From: Squalus acanthias
Taxonomy: Eukaryota
Assembly (NCBI GenBank): GCA_030390025.1
Contig: CM059432.1
Span: 50,222,001 to 50,286,000 of the forward strand
Length of the DNA: 64,000 nucleotides
Direction: 5' to 3'
The notes under the pieces are model-generated. The model ran no database searches. It worked only from the letters and a program-made list of their open reading frames with translations, and had not been told where the DNA came from. This document shows positions 25,990 to 38,909 of the stretch, piece by piece. The translations under genes and the position numbers were made by a program. Position 1 is the stretch's first letter; the number at the start of each line of letters is the position of its first letter.

Positions 25990-26063
25990 CTTGCAGATCT
26001 CCAGCTCCTGTCCGTTGGGTTCGGGCGGGTCACCGATGAAAGATATGGTTATGAAGCGTGGCT
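25990..26063 (-). other. Candidate host exon (EPRFITISFIGDPPEPNGQELEICK)
   Basis: CpG-retaining non-repeat stretch bounded by ctttatttgaag| and caag|gtgatt. Only one frame is open on -. Protein not recognised. Confidence 0.25.
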
Positions 26064-26474
26064 CTTCAAATAAAGGAGCTCATCATACCATTGATTAAGT
26101 GAAAAGGCCAATTTGTGCAAACTAAATGTTAATGATTTTAATACATTTATATAAAAATCCACAAGTATCTCAGTTTAACAGCTTCAACTATCTTTGTATA
26201 TGAGCACCAGTATTTGACACCATCCTCCTGACTGGCAAAGGCAGCTCCAAACCCTCAGGATTTTCAAATAAAGGAAGCCAACCTACTATTAGTAAGCTTT
26301 AAATTCAACTCAGTGGGAAAGCAATAATATCAGGCTAATTTTTTTTTTAAATAAAGAACTTAGCTGCGGAAAAACAATTATGGAAGATTTTTAAGTAGCT
26401 GGCGCTTCAGTTTAACAGTTAATTATGGGAATTGTAATTCTCTTCATTAACACTATTAGCCACTACAAATTACT

Positions 26475-27530
26475 GGCCCGGATTTTGCAGCGCTCACCAT
26501 TATTAAGGAGTAAATCGGACAAAACATGCGCAGTTAAACACGGAAATCAGGAAGTTGCTGTCCGAGTTGCCCTGCTCCTCCACAAGCTTCGCTACACCAG
26601 TACTTTGCTGATAGACTCGGCATTCACATACATGCAACAGCATAAAGTTGGGCTACTTATCCACTAGATGCCCACTAAACATGCCAGAAAAAGTTAGGGC
26701 TTGTCCTTTCAAGTGTAAGTGAATTTTTAACAGCGTAATAAGTGTTAATTGCTGCCAAACAACTTCTCTGGCTACTTTTACAAGTGAAGAGTCTCATTCA
26801 TTGAGATTTTAATTATTGTTGGAGATTTTAAAACAATAAAAAAAATTAAAAATCTTTACTTTTTCTTTCTGTCTCTTGTTTTTCTCTTTCTTAATCCTAT
26901 CTTTCTTTCCCTCACTTTATTTCACTTTCTGTACATGATTTTACATTAAATATTCTAATATACACTTCCTGGTTCAGACTCAGCAGCTCCAATCATTATC
27001 CGAGCAGGGGCCGGGAGGAGGGGTGGGTGGGGTGGGGGGGTGGCTGGGGGGAGAAGTCACATGCTGTGGAGTTTTGACTCCACAGAAGGCCTTTTTTTTT
27101 CCAGCAGGTTCCCCGCCTGGAAGCCAGCCTGATTGATAGGCTTGGTTCCCTGTCGGGCGGGGAACGCGCTGGAGGAGGCCGCAACTCAGGAGCATGCAGG
27201 GAGCCTTTGCTGGACTAGTGACAGCATGGGGGGTGGGGGTCCGAATCTTGGGGAGGGGATACTGATCCTGGGGGTCTGATCCTGAGTGGGGGTCGGGGGG
27301 GTTCTGATCTTGAGGGGGGTGTGGAGGTGATCCTGAAGGCGGGGTCGGCTATCCTGGAGGAAGGGTGTGAAAGCAAGTTATTTTGGGGGACATGGGGAAG
27401 CACTCCTACTCCTCCTGGGCCACAAGCAGTGCTGGAAAAGCACTTACCTCTTCCATGCAGCAGTCCTTGCCTCCCTTTAGCTGCCAGATATCAGCGCAAT
27501 CAGGGCGGAATTGACTGAAATAGCGCAAAA
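26475..27530. mobile_element. MITE family Y-like left part joined to a G-rich MITE segment; right end uncertain
   Basis: Left TIR ggcccggattttgcag. Internal similarity to 50423-51169 and 35532-36152. Confidence 0.55.
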
Positions 27531-27962
27531 GACCACGGAATTTAAAATGTAGGTCAGTTACGCCCATAACCATTTATAATCGAGTTTCCACGATGTAAAG
27601 CTGATTTGAGGAATGAGGCAATAGCCAAGTGCTTCAATCAGTCCACCAGCCCTTATTTCACACTGTAGCCAACTCAGTTATACCTTGTAGCTGTTATTAA
27701 GTGGTTCATGTTGAACCACTTTATCATTTATTTTAGAACTTTTTTTTGCTTTGTTTTAACATGTTGACAGTTGGGAATGTTAAATTTGTTCCTGGAATTT
27801 GCCTGACACTACGGGCTCAATTTTGCCAGGCACGAGGAGGCGGGTTTGGAGGCGTGTGAGGTGGTAAAATCGCAAAAAATGGCGGTCGGGCCCGATCCCG
27901 CCATTAAAAAGGAGTTTTCAGCAATCATCATTTGCAGGTGGCAGAACTTTTAGCAGGCCTAC

Positions 27963-29191
27963 TGTAGAGTTCTCAAAATTCCCACATTCCCCAGAGTTAT
28001 TAATAAGGGGTACCCTAGACAAAGTCGCTCTAGACCTCGTGGCAGAAGCCTGCGACATTGAACAGAAACCAGGGCCCTGCAAAAACAGCAGGCCAGGTGA
28101 CATGCCTGGGTCTGTAAGAGAGTTGCAAAATTCCCAGACCCCCAAAAGACTCAGAGGAAAAGAGAGAGACCCTAAGAAAAAGGGGCTTTGGACATTTTAA
28201 AACCAATTGAGTGTATTGGACCAGGGACATTTAAAACATGCAGACCTCAGTACAGGCTGCCAAAGGAGGCGGAGCTGGCCTCTACAGAGACAATGTTGTA
28301 TATTACAGGTGGTCGACCTGTCTGGGGAACCGGATGACCCCACTCCAGCCCCATCAAACTGCTTAGCATTTATACAAAGAAGTAAAGGAATGGAGTACTC
28401 AACACAAATGAACAACCATCAGACCAGCAATCATCCTCCACTTAACAAATATTTAATATCATTAAAGGCCATCTCCTGTCATTAAAGTTAACGACCTTAA
28501 CGAGCCCACCAGAATTAAACAAAGCACTGGGAAGATTTGGCAGGCAGATAAGGAACAATCCAACAGCATAACTTGAGACCTGTGCTGGAACAAGCCAGGG
28601 TTCTACAGAGACATGACTGGCAGTTTTGCAGACTAGCAGTTTAAACAAGCTGTTCAAGTCACACAGACAGGCCACAAGCAGGACAGCTGAAGCACAGGAG
28701 TTGTCCAGTACACAGTTCAACAGAAAACAAGACCGTTCAACAAAGAAGGCCAGCAGCTCCAGAAACAGACCGACACGCAAGAAGAAACCAGAGTAACGGT
28801 TCCAGTGACCATCAAACACCTCGAGGCACAAGGGCCTTATGAAACTTTTTACTTAAAAAGGACTTTAAACCATATCTCAACTGTCAAAGGATTTGTTTGG
28901 TAAGCATTATCCCTGGTCCTCAAGAGTCTAACTGAGCTAGTAAAGTGGGGTTGGGAGGGGTGAGGTATTGTTCTACTGTCATTTCCCTCGTTTGTACCGA
29001 AGTTAAGATTGACATGTTATGTTTCATCTCTCTTAAATAAACATTGGTTTTCCTTACACCAATCTACGGGTCTGTTTGTTTGTCCTTATCGCTGCTCGAT
29101 AAGTCCTGGGCTCAGAACTAGGAAGGGGATAGCGATTCGCAACCGCACAACAGGCAGGACAGTCCAGGAAAACATAACTGGCTGACCTACA
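27963..29191 (+). mobile_element. Possible solo LTR or other insertion inside the Harbinger
   Basis: TGTAG..CTACA ends and AATAAA at about 29036. No counterpart in sister elements. No TSD found. Confidence 0.3.
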
Positions 29192-29336
29192 AATAAGCCC
29201 CTGAGACAAAAACTCCTTACACTACTCATTGTTATGGAAGTTTGGAGCCTGAGACCCATCTCCAGTGTGACCTCCTGGGAAACCCCACTCCCCACCTTGA
29301 CTGAGCGCTTCCTCAACTGAGGTATATACCAGAAGA

Positions 29337-29563
29337 ATGGGAACCATTTATTTCCTTTCCTCCTGGACATCAGATTCGGACGAAGACCAGCTGTGACAGC
29401 AGCAGAACCCTGAACAACAGCAGCACCAATAGCAGGAGCAACAACAGGAGCGCCAAGCTGCTGCTCACCCACCTGAAACTGCACAGGCCAGAAGGTGCCA
29501 GAGCGCGACCACAGTGCTGCCCGGGATGCAAGGGACGCACTCATGTTGGCCAGATTTGCTTAG
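29337..29563 (+). pseudogene. Transposase stump: N-terminus joined to C-terminus
   Basis: MGTIYFLSSWTSDSDEDQ plus a Q-rich segment, followed directly by DHSAARDARDALMLARFA*. Both ends are homologous to 3827-5055. Confidence 0.75.
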
Positions 29564-29821
29564 CCTGCACAATCAAACACTTTTGTCTCGCACCTTCTTA
29601 CCAGAGCATCAACAATGGACAAGAACCTGCGGATTCCTATCACTCTGACCACCATACTGACAATTGCAAGTCACCCTAAGCCCTCAATGTGAAAGACCCA
29701 TTTGCGAAATGACACAGGCCACAACTTCAACAGTTTGCCATCAAATCTGTTTATGATCCCATGACAAGGATGGCTGGTCCAAATACAATACATCACAGCA
29801 CCCAAGTGACTACCCTTGTGA

Positions 29822-31802
29822 CTACTTGTGCTTTATCTTCCTCTTATGCGTGCTCCTATGTGATGCTTCCCCTGTGGCTTCAGCAGATGTGGAGGCCCCT
29901 TGCTCACTTTCTTGCTGCTCCTGTCTCGACGCCTTTGGTGGGCGTCCTCTGGGGTTGTGAACCTGTGTGGGCTCGGCCACAGTCTGCTGCTCCTGCAGCT
30001 GTGCAGGGGCTGAGACGCCCATCTCAGTTGGGTAAGGACTCTGGTGGGGCTCTGACCAAGGGCTTTGCAGTGGCATGGTCATGTGAGCGCTTGGAGAGGA
30101 GCCCCCACTTCCTTGTTGTCTGCCACCAACATCCCTCTCATGGGTCCCCCCGCTTCAGAGCTAGCAAGTGGCTTGACAGCACCTTGCTGCACTGCAGGGG
30201 GGCCATGAGGACCCGTTTCTGCACTGGAAGTCCTACTCCAGAGGACTTCCATGAAGGTCTGGTTTGTATGCTCAATAGCTGACCATCGCTCCTCAAGAGA
30301 TGTCATTCTATTCTGAACAATTACCATGTTTTCAAGACCCTGGCGACTAAGCTCCTCCATGGCCGTAGCCATCCTCTCCTTTACCATAGCCATCCTCTCT
30401 TCTACGGTAGCCAGCCTTACCACGGAGTTAGCCATCCTTTCCACGGAGGTTGCCATCCTTTCCGTGGTGATGCGTTCATGTGCCAATGCCTCCACAAAGG
30501 CTCTACTCATGTTCGCGATGGACTCCTCCATTCACTCCACACTCGCAGCAACCCTGGAGACAAAACCTGCCAGAGACTCCTGCACTTGTTCCTGGAGTTC
30601 CAGCACCGCTCTCCTTCATGGATGGACCTGGAGGCACAGGGTCGACATGCAGCTGAGCCGAGCTGGCAGAGTCCTGTGCCCTCCAACAAGGATTCTCCAC
30701 TGCTGTCCCTGTCTCCACCATCTGCTGATGCTCACTTGTGAGCTGTGATACATCAGGTGCCAACACTACTCTATCTCGCGAAGGTCCCACCGAGGTGTGA
30801 GTGTCTGCGCTGGTGCTGGGTGTGCTGAATTCTGCTGACGCTGCACCCTCAGAGGTTGCAGCTTTCTCTGAGGAGTCTGGAAGCTCAGGCTGTTCCTCCT
30901 GGACAGTGGGGATGGGGGCTTTCGATGGTCCTGTGGGGGAGTAAAGGAAAGAGTTAGAGATGTGAGGTCAATGTTACATGCACATTGAATAGTGCAGATG
31001 ATCATGTCAATCTGTTAGAGCATCAGAATCATTATCAGTGACTCATGCAATGTCAATGTGAGAAATGCCAAACTATTCTGTCACCAGCTTGCTGTGATGT
31101 GCCCATCTGTCCATCCCCCACTTGGGAATCGTCCTAGATCCCGTTGATTTCCAGGGCCGCCTCCTCCCAGGCGGTGAGCTGGGCTACTGAGAGTTGCCCT
31201 CCTCCTGTCATGGCTCTTTCCCTCTTATTGTGGGCTCTCTTTTCCTGCAATGAGGGACACAAGTGGAGTTTGAGTGAGAATGAAGGAGTGAGTGCAGAGA
31301 ATGCATAGCATAGATGCTTAGAAGGAGACAAAGGGCCCTCCCTGTGTGTTGTAAGTTGTTGTTGTTGCATCACAGTGATAGGGAGTGTGAGGGCTACATG
31401 GTCGAATAGTTAAGTGAATGTGACCATAGAGAGAGGGGCAATGGGTAAGGGTGCAGGGATGTAAGTGTCAAGTGGGGTGTGGAGGAAGAGGTTAGCAAAG
31501 CAGAGTGCTGGTGAGGAGAGGCGATGGGGATCAGATTGTAGTGATGGGAAAGTCATACTCACTTTTCCTGTGCAGAGAAGGACATGAAACCTCTTCCTGC
31601 ATTGCAGCCAGGTTCTGCAACTCATTGATATGTCGTTGACCTCCTGGGCCACTTGCAGCCACACCGCTTTTGTCTGCTGGGGTGGCTTTTTCCTCCCTGA
31701 GGAAGGGAAGAGCACCTCCTTATTCGATCTTGCTCCCTCCACCAGAGCTTGGAGGGAGGCCTCATCGAAGCGTGAAGCACACTTTTGCCTGCTGGTCTAC
31801 AT
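29822..31802 (-). pseudogene. Myb-partner gene, subfamily A (exons 31802-31563, 31244-31085, 30930-29822)
   Basis: AVWLQVAQEVN..RTWLQCRKRF; GT-AG sites; 240/160-nt exons; premature stops. Confidence 0.85.
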
Positions 31803-32925
31803 AGTCGATCAATGAAGTCCTTACTACAATCACCATAAAGTTTGCAGTCTCCAGAAGAAGCAAGGCTGCTTGCAGGCTTTAAATCCAGCAGCATTGATGA
31901 TGTCATCGGAGGCGACTTTCTGTATGAAAAGACTCATTGGGCCAGGGGTTCCCACACGCTGGGAATCAATTGCCCAACTGGGGGAAAATCGCACTTTTTC
32001 CCCACTTCACTTCGGAGTCGGGGTCCTGACACCAATGCCACCTGACATGCCCCAGCTCGCCCACACTGGCAAAATCGAGCCCTACCAGTTAACTGTTAGT
32101 CAGCTAATCAAATTTTGAGAACCCAGCTAAATAGAATAGATGAATAATTCATGAAGCTCCTCAAAAATGTCATGAACTTCCATGGGTAGTTGTTCATGAA
32201 CATGCATAACTATCTTTAAGTAATTCATGGTTGTTCATATATATCCGTGAATGTTCAAAGGAAGCTTTCTCAGTTCTGGGACATTCATAAACTGACTGAA
32301 CTGTAGTTCATCAAGTCCATAAAAAATACAGTCAGAAACAGGCTAACCCTCATGTCATGTCAAATGAAGTTCTCCATAAGCTATTATTATCTGTAAGGTG
32401 ATAAGTATGTATACTCATATTCTATTAAATGCAACAATAGTTCTTGAACTACTTATGACCAGAAAATCGAAAGTAAAAAATGAAATATTGCTTTCATTTA
32501 TGGTCTCACTTGAGTCGATTATTGAGCAAATTCGTCTACTGAATTTTAATACAAAATGCCCTATACACTGATACATTTGTTGGTTGGGATAAATGTTCAG
32601 TGTTTGGGTACGTCTCCAGGGCCTATGAAATATGAATATTTGTGATACCAGCAACTGCAGACACTGATAAGAGTCTCCCTAGAACATCAGGGAAAACTGA
32701 TGCATACTTACAACTACACCATCAGGCAATTGGACTTCCAGGTATCTGTACAAAACTACTCAGAATTCAGCTCCAATTGATAGTCCTGCTAGTATTACCA
32801 ACAGTAAAATAACTATCAATCTTGGAGTTCAGACATGTGGGGAGAGGTAACAGTGAGTGACTTAAGAAGGGAAGAAAACTGAGAGAAACAGCAGATATAG
32901 ACTTTTTGGAACACTTTCGATCACG

Positions 32926-33678
32926 GGGGGAAAACTTCGTTAGCGACCATTTTGGATCACTAACATCGCCTGGGCGTTAAATTTAGCGCCCGGCAAAAAA
33001 TAGTGCTGGCGATCGCCAAATTCAGTTTTAGCGCCCCAAGAGGGAGGTGGAGCATTAATTCAAGCGCTCCACTTCCTTCTTAGAGCGCTAACCCTGAATA
33101 TCGGGGTAGTGTGTTCTGCAGCGCTACGCAATGGGCCACGTAGCGCTGCCGCATGGAAGGGCTCTTCCCCTCATTAAAGGGGAGGGCCCAAGCCCACAAC
33201 TCTGTGGGGCCCTACCTGGACCACCAGGGAGCGGAATGCCATGCCAGCAGTCCAGCACACAAGAGGAGTGCCGGGCTGCCAGATCGCAACATGGACCCCG
33301 CGTTGAAAGACGTAACGGGCCGCGACAAGTAAGTCGGATGATTTTTTTTCCCCGCCCGCCACCTCCCCTTTACTTACCACCCCGCGAGACTCCTGCCGCT
33401 CCGTTCCCACCCTCTGAATTAGTCGCTGTCATCGCCCGCCGCAGATTCAGGGGACGCGGGACAAATTTGCAGGCGGGGCGAAAACGGGGCGCTGCGCACG
33501 GTGATGATGTCGTCATCGCCAGCGGAGTGGGGCGCTACCGGTTACCGCTGCTGCTAAATTCCCGCTGAATTTAGCGGGAGTCGTTAGCGGCGCTGTGCCC
33601 AGGCGAAACGTCGTTTGCGCCCCATTAGCACCCCCAGAGGCACTAACAGGAGGTGCAAATGCACCAGATTTCTAGCCC
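32926..33678. mobile_element. Harbinger-type MITE rich in TAGCGCC motifs (family Z)
   Basis: Ends gggggaaaactt / gatttctagccc; flanks acg/aca. Similar to 59695-60446. Confidence 0.75.
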
Positions 33679-34439
33679 ACAATCTCTTATCTCTTTCACT
33701 CATATGCTCAAACTACATATTACCCTAGCCTCCATTAATTTAATTGAGTCAGTGTCCATGCATACAGCTGCTGTGGGATCCAGCAATCCTTCATTCTAAC
33801 CTCATCCCTGTCATGGTACCAGAGAACCAATAACACAAATCACACCCATCTGGCAGTTTGCATTCCATTTAACTTTACATTAAATTTGAATTTAATCAAC
33901 CAATTTCTTTGCTTAATTTCACTCAATTGTCATGAAGACTTTCCGTGCTTCATTCTATTTCTGTATGCAGGCACTGCTTTATAACCTGGGCCTTTTTCCT
34001 CTGTCAATTTTCCTCCTTCATCTGTGCCTTTTGAGTTAATTTGGTATCTATAACTCATTTAGACTTATGTTCAAGTGATATAAATCTTCATCAAGAAATC
34101 TAGCGCACAATTGTTAAATAATTTGACGCAGTGCTTAGCTGCAGTTCTCTATAGCTCTTTCCCAACTTGGATCTTGTAGTCTTGATGAAAATCTTTTATG
34201 TGAGAAAGGCAAGCCAGAGAGTCCCTCATTTGCCTCCAGCCCATAAACCAGTATAGCAAAAAGAGAACTAAAAACCTGGGGGCACCCAGCCAACTTAAAA
34301 GCCCTTCTTCCGTTTTGATGTCAATGTAATACAAAAGAAAAAGAGGTACCATCACAATTAATCAAAAATAGATTTCAAAAGGCAGTAGGGCCTCTCTCAA
34401 TCCTTACAAGCAATGCACGCACCTTAAGAATTAAGCAAA

Positions 34440-35352
34440 ACTTTGAGAAAAGTACTTTCCGCCACTACCATCCATCTCCTTAAACCCTTCTCCCCTGCTG
34501 CCTTTGCCCTCACCTCCAAAAATCAATTGCAAGGTGCTCATGGATTTCTTTGTCACTAAGATTGAGACCATCCATTAGCTACCTCTGTCACATCCATCCC
34601 TTCCCTCATCACCAAATCTATCCCACTCCCTGGCCACTGTCAAAGGCTGAACCAAATTGTTCACAAACTCGACATCCTATTTGACCCTGAGCTGAACTTC
34701 CGACCCATATCCTCTCCATTACCAAGACCCATTTCCACCCCTGCCTCAGCCCATCTGCTGTTGAAACCCTCATCCATGCTTTTTGTTAGCTCCAGACTAT
34801 TCCAATGCTCTCCTGGCCGGCCTCCTATATCCACCCTCCATAAAGTTGAGCTCATCCAAAACTCCGCTGCCCGTATCATAACCCACACCAAGTCCCGCTC
34901 ACCCATCACCCCTGTGCTCACTGACATACACTGGCTCCCAGTCCACCAGCACCTTGAATTTAAAATTCTAATCTTCATGTTTAAATCCCTTCATGGCCTC
35001 GCCCCTCCCTATCTCTGTAACCTCCTCCAGCACTACAACCCTCCAAAACTCTGCATTCCTCTAACTCTGGCCTCTTATGCATCCCCCACTCTCTCATTAT
35101 TGGTGGTAGTGCCTGCAACCCTCTAGGCCCTAAGTTCTGGAATTGCCTACCTAAAGCTCTCTGCATCTCCACCTCTCTCTCCATCTTTAAGACCCTCCTT
35201 AAAACCTACCACTTTGACCATGTTTTTAGTCACCCCTCCTAATATCTCCTTCTTTGGTTCGGTGTCAATTTTCATCTATAACGCTGGTGAAGCTCCTTGG
35301 GATGTTTTCCTATGTTAAAGGCGCTAGATAAATGCAAATTGCTGTTGTTGTT
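34440..35352 (+). mobile_element. Old L2 LINE 3' fragment
   Basis: LIQNSAARIIT..ITPVLTDIHWLPV..FKILIFMFKSLHGLAPPYL; tail aaggcgctagataaatgcaa..(gtt)n. Confidence 0.85.
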
Positions 35353-35531
35353 GAGTAATGCAGATAGGGAGCATTGGTACCAGCGGGCTGGTGCCTTTAC
35401 AGGCTGATATCTCTGTGGTGTTCCTCCTAATCATCCTTTTCTTCGTCCTCAAATCAGAAGAACAGGCAGAGGCTTAAGGGTGACCTCCATTGGTTTCCAA
35501 GGTTTGGTCTGCAACCTTAACAATATTTACT

Positions 35532-36152
35532 GGCCCATAATTTGTGGTCAGCGGTGATGCAGAAGTGATGTCATCATGCTGTCTAAGCAGCCAATCACAT
35601 TGAAGAATTTTCACAGACAGCAAACCAGGAAATAAAAAGAAGCTTTTATCCTCACTTTTTAAATATGTTACAGAGAGCAAAATAAAGATTAAACATTTCA
35701 TATGGGGATAAGGTAGAAGCTGAAATATCATGAACAAACTTAAAAAAAAAAAAATAATTGTAATTTTTATCATAATGGAGAAATTTGACATTCCACAAAT
35801 ATAAAAATTAGTTATTCAGAGCCAGAACAATTGGTTAGGAGTCAATATGCTGTTAAAACTCCAGTTATACCTATTCTAACAAGGCTTTACATTTAATGGG
35901 TTATTTAACAGCGATATTAGCGAGGAAAAGTTCAAGTTTTCATCAGTTCCACTGATTTCACCGATTGCCGTCTATCGGGGCGAGTGGCGGTGGGGGGGGG
36001 GGTGGGGGGCGGTCCACAGCGCAGCCAGTGTCGGAGCAGTGAATGACTGACCGCAACTTCAGGATTTCCACATTTAGATATGCATGCGCTAAATCCTGAC
36101 GTTGCAATCAGTTTCAGAGGGGTAATGATGGCAATCACTGACAGTCCGGGCC
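35532..36152. mobile_element. MITE, family Y-like
   Basis: Ends ggcccataattt / gtccgggcc; flanks act/att. Internal similarity to 50423-51169. Confidence 0.6.
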
Positions 36153-36805
36153 ATTAAAAATGTTTTAAAACTTACAAATACTTGAAAATGTTAAACTATT
36201 CAAAACTTAAATACACTTTAAAAAATGTTTAAAGATCCTGCTCTGGGGTCTTTGCAGCTTTTGACTGTGGAGCATTGCTGGCCCACCACAGGCCTGTTCT
36301 GCAGAACTGTTGAACACCATTTGCAGCCATTAGGCAGTGGGAACGGAATTGAAACCCTACAGGAATTCTCGCTCATCTGCTGTCATTTTCATGCAACAGT
36401 CCAAGGTCACCCCCAGCAAGCATCAGGAAAATATCCAAGAGGATTTTAGGGCAGGGATTCGATAGTGGTCCTTACCTAATAATTATTCTCTATTAGGCAC
36501 TCAAACAGTGGCAAAACAAAGGAAAATCTAGACCGTGGAGTAAGTTATTAGGAACCCCCCTTGATCGGGGCAGTATTAATGAGTTCAAGAGACAACTAGG
36601 CTTGTTTCTGAAGTGAGAAGGGATTGAAGGATATGTTGAGAAGGCAGGAATGTGGTGTTGGGATCTAAGAAAAATTGTCTGACTTGTTGGTCTTTAAATT
36701 CTTTTCCTCTTTGTAAAAAATGTATATTATTTTCAGTCTGAACTATGATGGGAAGTAAATGCAGCTGAATCAGTTTAGTCGCCATGTCTGAATTGATTAG
36801 GCTAC

Positions 36806-38393
36806 TCCTGAGGTCCCCACCATCACAGAAGCCAGCCTTCAGCCAATTCGATTCAGCAAAGGCTATGGGCCCCGACAACGTCCCGGCCATCGTACTGAAG
36901 ACTTGTGCTCCAGAATTATCCGCGCCTCTAGCCAAGCTGTTCCAGTACAGCTACAACACTGGCATCTATCCGACAATGTGGAAAACTGCCCAGGTATGTC
37001 CTGTCCACAAAAAGCAGGACAAATCCAACTCGTACAATTACCGGCCCATCAGTCTACTCTCAATCATCAGCAAAGTGATGGAAGGTGTCATCGACAGTGC
37101 TATCAAGCGGCACTTACTCACTAATAACCTGCTCACAGATGTCCAGTTTGGGTTCCGCCAAGACCACTCGGCTCCCGACCTCATAACAGTCTTGGTCCAA
37201 AAATGGTCCAAACATGGACAAAGGAGCTGAATTTCAGAGGTGAGGGGAGAGTGACTGCCCTTGACATCAAGGCAGCATTTGACCGAGTGTGGCATCAAGG
37301 AGCCCTAGTAAAACTGAAGTCAATGGGAATCGGGGGGGAAAATTCTCCACTGGCTGGAATTATACCTAGCACAAAGGAAGATGGTTGTGGTGGTTAAAGG
37401 TCAATCATCACAGCCCTAGGACATCACTGCAGGAGTTCCTCAGGGCAGTGTCCTACACCCAACCATCTTCAGCTGCTTCATCAATGACCTTCCCTCCAAC
37501 ACAAGGTCAGAAGTGGGGATGTTCGCTGATGACTGCACAGTGTTCAGGGCCATTCACAACTCCTCAGATAATGAAGCAGTCCATGCCAGCATGCAACAAG
37601 ACCTGGATGACGTTCAAGCTTGGGCTGATAAGTGGCAGGTAACATTCGCGCCACAGAAGTGCCAGGCAATGCCTATCTCCAACAAGCGAGAGCCTAACCA
37701 CCTCCCCTTGACATTCAATGGTATTACCATCGCCGAATCCCCCACCATCAACATCCTGGGGGTCACCATTGACCAGAAACTTAACTGGACCAGCCACATA
37801 AATACTGTGGCAACAAGAGCAGGTCAGAGGCTGGGTATTCTGTGACGAGTGTCTCACGTCCTGACTCCCCAAAGCCTTTCCACCATCTACAAGGCACAAG
37901 TCAGGAGTGTGATGGAATACTCTCCACTTGCTTGGATGAGTGCAGCTCCAACAACACTCAAGAAGCTCGACTCCATCCAGGACAAAGCAGCCCACTTGAT
38001 TGGCACCCCATCCACCACCTTAAACATTCACTCCCTCCACCACCGGCGTACCGTGGCTGCAGTCATCTACAAGATGCACTGCAGTAACTCGCCACGGCTT
38101 CTTCGGCAGCACCTCCCAAACCCGCAACCTCTTCCACCTAGAAGGACAAGGGCAGCAGGCCCTCCAAGTCACACACCATCCTCACTTAGAAGTATATCGC
38201 CGATCCTTCATCATCGCTGGGTCAAAATCCTGGAACTCCCTCCCTAACAGCACTGTGGGAGTACCTTCACCACACGGACTGCAGCGGTTCAAGAAGGCGG
38301 CTCACCACCACCTTCTCAAGGGCAATTAGGGATGGGCAATAAATGCTAGCCTTGTCAGCGACGCTCACATCCCATACACAAATTTTTAAAAAA
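36806..38393 (+). mobile_element. 5'-truncated LINE (same family as 1-2118)
   Basis: YRPISLLSIISKVME, ALDIKAAFD and MFADD; 3' UTR and A-rich tail. Confidence 0.9.
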
Positions 38394-38465
38394 TTACATA
38401 ATTCTGCATAATCAGATAGTTCTGAGGCACATACTTAATTTCCTTGAATTAGTAAATCCATGTTA

Positions 38466-38909
38466 GAAAGAAAGACGTGCATTTATATAGCGCATTTCCC
38501 AAAGAGCTTTAGAGCTAAAGAAGTACTTTTAGAAGTGTAGTCACTGTTGTAATGCAGGAAACATGGCAGCACAGCAAGCTCCCACAAACAACAATGTGAT
38601 AACGACCAGATAATCTGTTTTAGTGATGTTGATTGAGGGATAAATATTGGCCAAGGCACTGGGGATAACTCCCCTGCTCTTCTTCGAAATAGTGCCATGG
38701 GATCGTTGACATCCACATGAGAGGGCAAACAGGGCCTTCATTTAACGTCTCATCTGAAAGACGGCATCTCCGACAGTGCAGCACTCCCTCAATACTTCAC
38801 TGGAGTATCAGCCTTGGTTTATTGCCCTCAAGGGTCTGGAGTGGGACCTCCACCCACAACCTTCTGACTCAGAGGCAAGAGTCCTACCCACTGAGCCACG
38901 GCTGACACT
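38466..38909 (-). mobile_element. Near full-length tRNA-derived DeuSINE (SacSINE1-like)
   Basis: Head gtgtcagccgtggctcagtgggtag (A box) with a degenerate B box; central Deu-like block; L2-like tail gcgctatataaatgcacgtctttctttct. Confidence 0.8.

Larger units (their letters stand above)
27813..32082. mobile_element. Non-autonomous Harbinger: transposase core deleted, Myb gene retained
   Basis: 17-bp TIR gggctc(a/g)attttgccag with TSD TAC. Transposase stump at 29337-29563; Myb gene at 31802-29822. Confidence 0.92.

Noticed and set aside
32415..32654. Short ORFs on both strands in unique AT-rich DNA (also 34149-34355)
   Set aside because: No convincing splice-site pair and no recognisable protein similarity.
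38830..38909. tRNA gene
   Set aside because: It is the degenerate tRNA-like head of a SINE, continuous with the SINE body and tail.
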